Origin: Pocillopora damicornis
Taxonomy: Eukaryota
NCBI RefSeq assembly: GCF_003704095.1
Contig: NW_020845863.1
Location: forward strand, 310,001-374,000
Direction: 5' to 3'
Length of the DNA stretch: 64,000 nucleotides
A model generated the notes under the pieces. The model worked only from the letters and a program-made list of their open reading frames with translations. It made no database searches and was not told where the DNA came from. Positions 53,201 through 64,000 of this stretch are shown in pieces. Positions within the stretch are counted from its first letter, which is position 1. Each line of letters starts with the position of its first letter. A program made the position numbers and the translations under genes.

Positions 53201-53710
53201 TTTGCAGTAACGGGCATCAGGTTGGATGCCTATTTGAGGAAATTTATAGTTTACTAGCCGGGGGTTTGGTTGTGCCAATTTTATGGCAGACAAATCATAT
53301 CTCAGAAACTTAGAAAATTTTATAGCTCTCACTGGAAGCTCAAACATTCTCAGGGAACGTGAAAATACTTCACCTGATATCTCCTCCTGTTCTTTTCCAA
53401 TGAAATTTTGACAAAACTTTCAAAAACTTTTTTGGTAATTTTACAGTTGCAAAAAAAGTATGCATGTAGCATAAACTAGTCGAGGGAAGTTGCCTGGAGA
53501 GAATAAAAGATTGATAATTTATGCCAGTAGTAAGCTTCTGGTACTAAAGACAATCTCTTGAATACCAGCTTGTCGCAATAACCGTCGCACCTATTCACTC
53601 TGTCAATAGTACCAACTATATGCAGTGGTGTCACTTCACATCTCCCTAAACAGCAGAGAACATAAAAGTTAATTCCTATCATCAGTCTCAAATAAGAAAT
53701 AAAAATTGAA

Positions 53711-54445
53711 GGTATCTGGTGATTTCGCCAACGTCTTAGGTCGCTTCGCCAAAGCGAAAAGTCGCTTCGCCAACGTCCTACTGGTACATCGCGCGAGCAG
53801 CCAACCGTCTACGCCAGAAACTACGAGAAAACCGCTGCTCAGCTACTCAGGACGTGCTCGCGTTTGAATGGACCAGCGCGCTCTAACTGATCATGAACGA
53901 ACTGAACTAGCGTGAAGTAAGCTGAGAATCAGAAGGTTTTGTAGATAGGTTTTGCATTGAAAATATTTTGTGAATCAGAAGGTTTTGTAAATAGGTTTTC
54001 CAATAAAATATTTTGCACTTGTAAATATTTATAAAAGTACGTATTGTAATTAAAATGTTGTTGATATTGTACTTGTTATATTTTATTTCTGACTCGTTTT
54101 GAAGGCTGGAAAACAAACTCTGATTGCTTCTGAAAAATGGTAACTCGTTAATTCACATCGTAACGCATTTTTCAAGTAAAATTTTGAGTTATACATTTTT
54201 GGAACACATTTGGAAGCCATCGGAGTTTGTTATTCAACAGTTTGCAAAATATGCAAATTGTTTGGAAGTCAGCCAAGCGAAACAAGCATCAACTTAAAAA
54301 TGTTCTGACCCAAGTATCAGCATCACATCCGAAGCATCAGTAAGCACCCTTTTTACTAAGTTATTACTCGATATTTGGCGTTGGCGAAGTGACCAGTAGG
54401 ACGTTGGCGAAGCGACCAAAGATGTTGGCGAAATCACCGCAATTC
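53711..54445. mobile_element. Non-autonomous TIR element with TSD
   Basis: Long TIRs built of TTCGCCAAC repeats (GGTGATTTCGCCAACGTC... / ...GATGTTGGCGAAATCACC). TSD AAATTGAA at 53703-53710 and 54446-54453. Confidence 0.85.
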
Positions 54446-55061
54446 AAATTGAAGGATCAAGACATTTCTGACAAAGTTAAATGCAAGTCAAACAGGTTTG
54501 AAGACATTTTAATCTGAAATTCGTTTTCAAATACGAGAGAAGTATTGTAATTAACATTCTAAAGAAACAAGGAGTTCCAGTCCCTCGAGTAATTATCCAT
54601 TTGTTGTATCACTCGTCTCATATTTTAAGAACCAGAGAAAGTTTGATAATTTTAATCTGCGAGTTTCATAGTGCACTTCAACTCAAAATTCACTTCGCAT
54701 GGCAGAAGTATTGTACTGAAATAAACAAGAGAGAATGAAGCTGATGCCATTCGTTTCGAATAACACATGAACATGAAGAAAACGGCACCAGTTTAAACTA
54801 ATGAGACAAAGCCCTCGTATTTTTCTGAGGTTAATGAACTGGTTAGACCGAGAGCTAAATAAATAAACAATGAACTGACAGTGGTGAGGGATTTGGGGGC
54901 CATGTGATAAATAAGTTTTGCTGAAGTTTATCCTCTAGTTAGCACTTCAAGCCCAAAAAGGCAATTAAAAAAATTCTCACCGAAAAACAGCACGAAACTC
55001 CAGTATGCGTAACTCCATTTTCCGCATATAAACCCACACACAACCCACACTTCTTCCATTT

Positions 55062-55160
55062 GCTCTGACGAAGGGCTAACGCTAGAAACGTCAGCCTTTT
55101 TAACTCTTTACGGTGGCCAATTTACGTTTTCAACTCAGTCGTTAACACTAAATTACCTGC
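55062..55160 (+). repeat. Hammerhead-bearing interspersed repeat (core 55062-55095)
   Basis: GCT-CTGACGA-A-GGGC(TAAC)GCTA-GAAAC-GTC-AGC; one stem II mismatch. Confidence 0.75.
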
Positions 55161-55199
55161 CATAATAGATGCAATGTTCGCAGCAGATATTGCTGTTAT

Positions 55200-56330
55200 T
55201 GTAGGAACACTATACTCCTACAAACCCAAATACTTTATGAAACAACGCGTAATATTCATACTAAGGAGCGACTCCTAATGACAAGACAGTAATTATCCGT
55301 AACAACCTGAATTGATTAACCCACCCCAAACTAGAAATTAACTCAGCACTGACACAATCTCACAGTTGTCCTCAAAACGAACAGTCTTCCACAGTAGCTC
55401 TCTCTCTCTGTTTTGCTTTCCAAACAGTCCGTCACTCCTGACAACCACAACTACTTCTACACGACTGAGTACTTGCACACATTTACAAACTATTCCAAAA
55501 AAAATTCCGGAAGCTTACAACACAACTTTTTGGTTGTATGATATCATAAATACGTGACTTAATAGATTATTCCAGAAAGTTCCATGGCATGAAAGTGGAA
55601 ATTTCGCGTATGCATGTCAGCATCACTAGGTATTCTAGAAATTTCTAGATATTTATTTTTACAGTAATCATCCATAACACCCTTCCCTTTCAAGACAAGA
55701 AAGTTTGCAAAACTTTCTTGCAAAAACCTCGTATTCTTGAGAGGCAGTTTGCAATAACATTGTCCATTCCTTTCATGTGTCTCATGCTTGAAATCTACTC
55801 TTAATTGCAACATTAAACTCCACTAACCTCGGCAATTGTTGATTATTGTCTTTCAACTCGTGTATAAGGACAGGGGGGTTGTGATCACTAAAAACAACAA
55901 CAGGCAAACTTTAGGAACAAACGTAAACTTCGAAATGTTGTAGTGCTTAGTTTAGTGCCAAACATTCTTTCTCGATGGTAGAATAGCTCCTTTGACTTTA
56001 GTTGAACTTCTTGAAAAAATGAAAAACGATTTTTCCACACCGTCATCATACTATTGCAACAGCACGGAAAAGCGGCAACATCATTTGCATCAAGAGCCAA
56101 CTTGCACGGGGATTTAAAATCAGGCGCTGTCAATACAGTGGCTCTCTATAACATGGCATACAATTCCTCGAGCGCCTTCTCACATCGGTCACCACACTTT
56201 AATTTTACCTTCTTACTGAGTAATCGCGTCAACGTTTCTGTTAGGTTAACTGTATGGAGTGGCACTGGGTGTACCCCTGACGTACACCAGTGGATGACTT
56301 CACAGAAAACATCAATGTGTCACTCATTGT
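55200..56330 (-). mobile_element. Degenerate Ty3/Gypsy 3' end: RT connection/RNase H, PPT and 3' LTR (55200-55679)
   Basis: VLTAPDFKSPCKLALDAND, YSTIEKECLAL..ALQHFEVY, FSDHNPL, DNVIANCLSR; PPT AAAGGGAAGGG immediately before TGTTA...ACA. Confidence 0.75.
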
Positions 56331-56456
56331 AAATGCACCTCCCTGGTTTACTAGAGGAAAGACTCAGACAAGCCGCTCATTCTCCTAATAACCTTCAAAA
56401 ATGTTGTTATTTACAGGTAACCTATACTACGACGTAAACAAAAGATTTGTCACGGA

Positions 56457-56746
56457 ATGGGAGGAAAAGAGTACGCTCTAAAGTGTACGCTTGGCTTGGT
56501 ATTGTTTGCAGTGCTACTGTGGCAACTTGAGACAAATTATTTTTCCTCGAATGAAAATTCCACCTCCATGATACCAGTTGCTGTATGGAAAACGAAAACG
56601 GATGACATGAAGGAACCTGTTAAGGATAGTTCAAAGCTAAAGATAAAAACTGCAAAAATCACAACACAGCACGGCTTAAATGTAACAACCGAAGGATCAG
56701 AGACAAAGCGTTGGCTTATAGTATACTGGTCAACGTTTTTTGGAAG
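56457..56746 (+). CDS. N-terminus of a type II membrane glycosyltransferase, likely alpha-1,3-fucosyltransferase (GT10); cut by a gap
   Basis: Short tail, TM LGLVLFAVLLW, stem with N-glycosylation sequons, then WLIVYWSTFFG. Acceptor TTTACAG ends at 56416. Possible 5' UTR exon ending at 50998 (AG|GTAAG). Confidence 0.55.
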
Positions 56747-57464
56747 NNNNNNNNNNNNNNNNNNNNNNNNNNNNNNNNNNNNNNNNNNNNNNNNNNNNNN
56801 NNNNNNNNNNNNNNNNNNNNNNNNNNNNNNNNNNNNNNNNNNNNNNGTGTTGCAGTTTCGAAAGGGAAAGGACACAAAGAGGGTCTGAAACCATTCAATT
56901 GCAAACCAAGGAAATTTGAAAACTGGGGAATTACAAAAGGAGCTTAACTTAAGTCAACTATTGTCAGTTGTAGAGGAAACTGTTTGCCTGTGGTAACCGA
57001 CGTTAATTAGAAATACCGGTAAAATACTGCTTATAAAGAAGTATTAATTTAGGAGAACTTACGACACGAGCAATGGTAATGCTTTTGATGTTATAGAGGT
57101 GCTGACAACTAAGAATAAGGAAAATGAACGCGACCTTCAAACTGAAGTTGGTCACTGTGTTGTACAAGTGTGTAGCTCAAAACAAAAGTGTAAACAACAA
57201 AATAGAAAAATGGGAAGCTGCATTAAAACATTGAGTGGCAAGTGAATTAAATTAGAAGTAGACCTAACATTCCGTTTGGTAAGCATACCTAAGAATTTAG
57301 GGAGGGGATTGATGTCAACTCAAATTAAACCCAATTTTTTAGCAAAGCGCATTGCCCGTGAAATCTTAAACAGGAATCTACTCAGATCCTTTTAATTAAC
57401 GAGGGAATTTCGTTGCATCAAGTAACGCTGCACCCTCGAACAAGACTGATCAAAGGGCCCCATG

Positions 57465-57728
57465 TCTAAGAGTAATTCTGCTTTCACGACGGAAAAAGTT
57501 GAAGCACTTCACTGTTATCTGTGCGATATACATTTGTTTTCCTTTACCTGTAACGTTGGGCATAATGGATCATGATAACGACATAACACTGAGCTTCTGT
57601 TCGCCTTGTAGGACCTGAGTCTAAATAAAGTTGTGACGTTTTTGTGTGATATTAAAATAATACTTTTTTCCCATGCATATTAAATTCTTTAGACCTCCTC
57701 AAAGAAGTCAACAGTGAGATTATTTCGT
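57465..57728. repeat. Diverged direct repeat of 40383-40693
   Basis: See the partner copy; colinear with an internal deletion. Confidence 0.85.
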
Positions 57729-58329
57729 GGTTACTTCTTACCGATTGTTTTTCCTTTCGCAAAGGCTTAACTTAAAACATTTCTTAAATTATTCCGTGTT
57801 CACAAATAACGAATGATCTTAATTTTTTTCTATTGGACTTGCAGTCAGATGTGGTTAATGTAGGATGAGGTTGTCGGCCAAAAAAAAAAAAGTGATCACA
57901 AATCCAAATTAATGCACTAAAGCAAGTGGAGAATGGAGGGTAGTTTGTGACGAGCGGTGGGCAGACATTTTCGAGTTTGGATGGCCTTGTGTGAAGAATT
58001 TCCTCGGTGAGTCTTTCTGTAGCAGATAACCTTGAGGAGGTTTGAAAGTTGGCGAAGAGAAAAGTTGGAAAAATTGATAAAGTAATCTTTAAGCAGCACC
58101 TTGTGCAAGTTTCCTAAAGACAACGAACCAGAAGCTTGGTTAACGTAAATCCTAGATTAAAACAGTGAGTTAGTGTTTCTCCTGATCAACAATCCTGTAA
58201 ATAACTGACTGGATCAGCTGAGAGACCCATTCAAAGGTCCACTGTGAATTCTCTCACTTTTACCACAGCACAATTGAACGTTGTTCTTGTTATACGGCTC
58301 GACTAACTGAATCTCCCACACTACGAAGA

Positions 58330-58484
58330 TAAACCCTTTAAATCCCACAGGTGACCAAGGCAGAATTTCTCCTTACATTATAATCAGTTAATCCAATACC
58401 AGATTCTTCTAACTAACTTTATAAGAATTGCATGGCAGACACTAAGGAGAGTTACTAGTGAGATCTTAGGAGTGAAAGAGTTAA
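58330..58484. mobile_element. piggyBac-like MITE
   Basis: TAAA-CCCTTTAAATCCC ... GGAGTGAAAGAG-TTAA; shares AATTTCTCCTTACA with the copy at 36150. Confidence 0.6.
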
Positions 58485-59011
58485 ATTGAAAAGGTTACAC
58501 GAACCTCTTTTGAAGAGGTGCATTCCTGTAGAGTCAGTAGGCTATCAATGAGACCTGCTGTGGTTCACTCTTGGAAGTATTTCCCCACATACAACTTTGT
58601 TACCCTGGATTTGCTCAACATTTGCTTCATGAGTACAATAATCCCATTCAAGAACAAGCAAGGTTTGATTTTTGTCATAAATATTTAATAATGTTGATTT
58701 TAATTGTCACTTGAACCATTAATTCACTTTAACGAGATGAGGTAAAATGAATGATGAAAATTTAGTGAGTGAATTCTTGTTAATCTCGTTTTATTTCATT
58801 TTAAGGATTGTTCAACATTATAACATTTTTAGCTCTGATATTGTTGCAAAACAAAATTCTTGCATTCTTCTTCTCATCACTGATCAGCAGACTTAACAGA
58901 GTAATTTTTAAGTGTTTTAAAATAAAAAAAAGTCAAGGAGCTTCTTTTTTTCTTGATGTAGAAGTTAAGTGGTTCAACCAGTATTGTAATGGGGTGCCAA
59001 CATTCCAGCAA

Positions 59012-62000
59012 TCACAACTTCAAAAAGTCACTGGAAAAAAAAGAAAAAAGTAATGAATGCTGACACATTTTATTGTAAACTTCGAGACGTAATTTCTTGA
59101 TCCCTTTTACTGATTCGTACTTACTACCACATCTAATTCGTATCGTAAAACCTAAAGCCTTGAAACTTCGCATAAACCTCGTCTTCGCTTCGAAAAGTGT
59201 ACTAATCAAAGTCTATTATGTACATGTGATTATATTACTTGGCTCACGTGTCCGTCAATCAACAAAATCACTTCTGCACTGTACAAACAAAACAATATAT
59301 CTCGTTACGTTAATCGTTCTCGCGTGGGACGTCTCGCGTGGGACGTCTCAATGTTTCTTACACATTTCATGGAACTGCAGGGTTGTGGAATTATTCAAGC
59401 TGCATGGTTGTGGAATGATAAACTCATCAGTAGTTTTCCTACTTACCGAACATCTAACTTCAGTAGAGGATCAATGAGCAGTTTCCATTCCTCCACAGTC
59501 CAAGCAGCAGATGCCTGGCTAACAAAAACCCCATTCAAGAAGAAAAATGGAGTTCCAGAAACTGTCCCTGAAACAAACAGAAACGAAAATAATGTCCAAC
59601 AATCTCTCTGGTGGTATAGAAAGTTAATTCAATGTTGTCATGCCGGTTAATGTTGCAGTTCATAGCTTACATTTTATCAAAAAGTGTGACTTCCACATCC
59701 CACAAAAGTTTCAGATTAAAATAGTGAATATAACACAAAGAAAAATAAACTCAAACCTTATTTGAAAAATCTCAAACCAAGGATAATTTGAACCACAATA
59801 CATATCCAAACAAATACTGAGTAACTATGTAACTCTTATCCCATCTCACAAACTCTTTATTTTTACTCAATTTACTCCTGGGAGTGTGAGAGATTATCAT
59901 ATAGTGTCATCATTGATGGAGGCAGTCTGGCCCAGTCATAGGTTACGGCACTAGGCTTGAAATCTGTTGGTCACAAGTTAAAGACCTCCAGGCTGTGACT
60001 CACTGGATTTGTTCTCATTTGCCCCAGGTTTAACTCCTTAGCTGCACTTTGTAATTTTAGCCAACTGATCTACCTCTGGCTTAAGTTGGGATTTGTAACA
60101 ATTTAGGCTTATTTACAATGTGAAAAGCTCCATCGTGGGAACAGTCAATAAAGCATACATTACATTTCCCATTCCACAGTTGGACATTTTTAAGGGTTTT
60201 CTTCAGGACTGTAGTCAGTTACAGTGCTATGAGTGGTTCATATTTCTAGGGAAATAAATTAATTGGCCCCAGGCCTACAAGCTAGGCCTGGCCAGAGTTG
60301 ACAGATATTTGGTTGATGTTTTATCATCCATTTTGTGTTTTGTTAATTTGATCATTGTAGTTGTTTTATCATAACAGATTTAAAGTCACTCAGTAACTTG
60401 GGTTTGTTATCAATTTAAATAGCAGATGCTTGGAGAGTACCAAGCAAAAACAAACATTGTAAAATCACTGAAACTAATGGCATAACACCTTACACAAGCT
60501 GCTAAGTTAAAATTAGTCTGTTACAGTTGATGGTATGATTTGAAATATTTTGGGCTGACATAATATAAACTACAGATTTGTATTACTTAGATCTGAAATT
60601 AGGTTTATCACTGATCTTAATGTAATTTGACTAGCTGAGCACTTAACAAGTCCTAAACTTACTTGAACAACCATATTTCCAAGAGATTCTTGTATGTTCA
60701 TTATATTTTGTGTTTGTAAGTCCATCCTTGATAACAGTCTTGTCAATGTCAATTTTACTTCCTAAATCAGCAATGATGCTACAGGTATGAGAGAAAAGAG
60801 AAAATGATGCAACATCATTGGCCTGGGTGTTAAGAGTTTGTAAAAATTAAGGAAAAAGTGAACAAAATTGCATGTGCAACAAAAAAATCCTGCATTTCTA
60901 AACTTGGCAGCTGAGGATTTTGGAATTGCGGTTTTAAGGATAAAGAAGCAAGTTAGGATTACGCTTTCATTCAAAGTGATAGGAAGTCTAATATTAAAAA
61001 AATCTGTTACTGAGAAAAGGCTTACTTTATGACATCATATCTGTTTTTGTCCATAGTCTGGAAATCATAGAGTTGGTTCTGGTTCTCAAATATGACATCC
61101 ATCCAGCTTATCACAAGGGAAGTATTGTAAGCTTCCACAGCATAAACACTCTGAAAATTAATCAAAGTTGTTTCTAACACTTCAATGCGGGATGCAGTAT
61201 ATTTAGATAACACAGTGTTACCAAACCTTTGCAGTAAAATTTGTTAGAAAAATCAACCATCCAATAGTTGAATCATGAAATAAATATAAAATACACTCTA
61301 AAAAATTTGGAAAGTTATATGTGATTTATAAGTAGCTCTGAGAAATTGAACTACATATCATTTCATGGTAGCAATAAAAATAGCACAATGTCTTTGTTGA
61401 TATGTATACATACAATTATTTGTTAACCTACAATTAGTGAAAATCAATCTCATTAATATGAATCTTGATATGAGAGCGATGAGGTCTCTTCCTAGATTGA
61501 GCAATTTGTGCGAATGCAAGTCATAACACTTGGATAGGACCAGTGGTTGTGCAAGCTAATACAGAGTTTTATTGCAAAATTATTTCTGTAAATCACTGCT
61601 TAGATATCTGAGTTTGTTCCATTAGCAATCAAGCATTAGAAAGCAAACAAGTTGACTTCTAACTTTGGAAGTAGTTTCCCTTTCACCCACAGCATAGGCA
61701 GTTTTGATTATTTCTATATTTCATTAGTGTTTGTTAGTTATTGCTGATTAATGGACTGTTGTTTGGAAGATATTCTGTCAAATTCTTCTTTTGTAATAGT
61801 CTATTGCTTCATGTTTGAAGGATAGTGATTCAATTAACTGCCTGATCCCAAAACAAGATGACTTAGCTTAATCCTTTAGCGTGAATGAAGATAATTCTCA
61901 GTCTACTGACTATTTGTGCTTAAATTTCTGTCGCATAGTCACAGGCAATCATTTAAGTTGAGAAGGGGAAAGGTAAATTTCAGAAGATGACTAGACCACA

Positions 62001-63305
62001 AGATACCTATGGAAACAAAATTTTGTTATGATGCAGTACTGCTACAAGTTTAGGGGCATCATACTAAGATTTAGGTTTTTTGGGTTTAACAGTCTTAGCC
62101 ATTTTCAAAATCAGTTTTTCAGCTCTGACATGACTAAATGGTTTATGAAACTGAACAGGGAAAATGGAAAATGAAAATGTAAAATGGAAAATGTTTGTTA
62201 CCCCTTTGGTATTCTGTTTTTTTTTCTCCTTATTGATGTTTGCTTTTCAGTATTTGTGAAAGAAGAGTGGGCCATTCTTTTTTATGTTTTCCAACTTAGC
62301 CTTGGCATATTGGCATACAATGCAGTTTTGAGTTTTCCCTCTCAAGAGCTAGTTCTGTGTTTGAATAAGGGTTAGTTTGTTTGTCATTACACTTCAAAAG
62401 CAGTTTTGATCATCAATCTTGGTTTTTGCTTTTGAAGGAAATGTTGGCCAGTATAATTTCTGCTTTTAGATTTAGACGCAAGTAGACCTCTTCCAGAAAT
62501 TTTGCAGATAATACAAGAAGTGGGAGGTCGTTTATGAGCTACTGTAAAAATAGTACAGAAATTATTCTAAGAAACTAATAAATTGAAGTTTTTTGAAGGA
62601 GTGACATGAGCCAAAAGGTGAGGAGAGGGTGGGGGACATGGACAAATTGGTACCAGTAATGTATATAACTGCTAGAGTTTATTACAGCAACGACTGAGTG
62701 GTGAGTACCTAGAGCTTTTTTAATTCCAAGATCTTCTACACTTTGTTGTCTCCAAGTTGCGATATATAAGCTTGTTTAATTACGTCATGTCACGGAGGTT
62801 TATAAAAATTGAAAATCCTGCAGCGAGAAATTGCATGCGCATGCTAAATAACGTCAAAGAATGAGGGTGCCTAGAGTTAAAGTTTTCCTTTAAAGTAACC
62901 TTAGAATTTTTCTTACCCAAATGTGTTACCTCTGTTCATGATCTAGGGCTGTTGTAACGTTACATGTTACATAACTCTGATGATACGAGTATAGACAAGC
63001 CGATATATATTTTTTCAACTCACTTGTGCCGCTAGGAATGCATTTGTGTGATATGGCAACGGGAACAACTGCAAGGTAAACTGGACAGTTTCAGGACCGT
63101 ACATATCTGCGACTTTTTTGAGAGTCGGCCATGCTTGTTGACAATCCGGGCAAGTCAAATCAACAAATGCTTCCAAGTGAATTGGTGCAGTCGGCTCGCC
63201 TCCTTTATAGACAAAACCCAGCGGACGTTTAGGTAAAGGAATCTGTGAGTTACCAGCAGTTATCAATACTGCAGCGAGCAACAGGTGCGACGCAAATTTC
63301 GTCAT
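59012..63305 (-). CDS. Secreted DsbA/Thioredoxin_4-fold protein, paralogue B (CPDC), about 220 aa
   Basis: Exons 63024-63305 (signal peptide, AFVDLTCPDC, FPLPYH), 61026-61150, 60663-60778 (TRISWKYGCS), 59447-59567 (VSGTPFFFLNG) and probable last exon 59012-59030. GT-AG and in phase. Confidence 0.9.
59919..60166 (+). mobile_element. tRNA-derived SINE (degenerate)
   Basis: tRNA-like head GGAGGCAGTCTGGCCCAG..GGTTA; central GTTTAACTCCTTAGCTGCACTTTGTAA..TAGCCAACTG; AATAAA and an (ACATT)n tail. Confidence 0.6.
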
Positions 63306-63362
63306 GACGGTTTCACCAGTGTTGAATTAGTCGTGTGCCACATATTTATTCCACCAAGAAAA

Positions 63363-63392
63363 GTCACATGACGAAGAGGCACGTCACGCGAC
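63363..63392. promoter_or_regulatory. Two CLEAR/E-box-like motifs upstream of paralogue B
   Basis: GTCACATGAC (63363-63372) and GTCACGCGAC (63383-63392), each one mismatch from GTCACGTGAC, 58-87 bp upstream of the ATG. Confidence 0.5.
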
Positions 63393-64000
63393 AAGTAATC
63401 AAGGGTGACTCAGCACTTACTTCATGTATACTTTCACAGCAACTACTTCATGTATACTTTCACTTGATTCAGGCTTTATTGTCGACAATTCAGCATTACA
63501 CGTTCCGTTCTACGATCTATCTATTCTATTCCAATCTAACTTAGGGTTACAAAAATTTCTACATTCATTAGCTTAAGAAATCTACACCCAGATACGCAAT
63601 TTCGTGCGGGATTCAAGACTTGCTCACGTTGTTCTATAACGATTTGTGGGTAAGAATTTCCTATCAAACATAGCTTTACTTGACAATCTTACTAATATGT
63701 TCCTACGCGCTTTACGCCCTGGAAATACCTAATTTGAAATATCACTGTTCGCAAAACTAATTCGATTCCTATGACTACTACTACTTAAATGGTGACGTAA
63801 ATGCTTTACTTAGACGGTAGAAAAATTTTTACTGTAAAGGGTAACGAAATTACAACTTACTTGATACACAATTAAAATTATAATAAGTCAAGGAAATCAA
63901 TTTTGAGCATGGAATCGCTTCACCAGAGTCCTTGTGGACGTAGCCTGTAGAGCAGGTGTAATTTTTTAGTGAACGAGTGCTCAGTATTTTCTTAGCGAAA

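Noticed and set aside
58089-58113. Alternative last exon of paralogue B (RKLAQGAA*); another candidate near 59355
   Set aside because: Phase-compatible, but 59012-59030 has the strongest polypyrimidine acceptor. Cannot be excluded without RNA data.
59919-59990. tRNA gene
   Set aside because: Degenerate, with no cloverleaf, and continuous with a SINE body. Similar SINE-like scraps occur near 13640 and 21380.

Overview
Eukaryotic, AT-rich scaffold with six N gaps. The repeat families suggest a stony coral or other anthozoan (inference). I reconstructed spliced genes by hand from GT-AG sites with consistent phase, all on the minus strand: the 5' part of MED15 (KIX domain; runs off the left edge), a complete 14-coding-exon Musashi gene (about 403 aa) with an inferred long 3' UTR, and two tandem paralogues of a secreted DsbA/Thioredoxin_4-fold protein (CPDC versus CADS active site). 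Between the paralogues lies about 16 kb of nested, decayed transposons: two APE-type LINEs carrying 2A-like peptides, an IS3EU-type DDE transposase facing an intact HECT E3-ligase C-lobe, a Penelope-like end, an AcademH-like RecQ helicase/transposase pair, a MULE, and a Gmr1-like Gypsy 3' end. A gap-truncated fucosyltransferase-like exon also sits there. Minimal hammerhead-ribozyme repeats, MITEs and SINEs are scattered throughout. Most short ORFs in the supplied track are spurious. Family assignments come from recognised motifs, not database searches.
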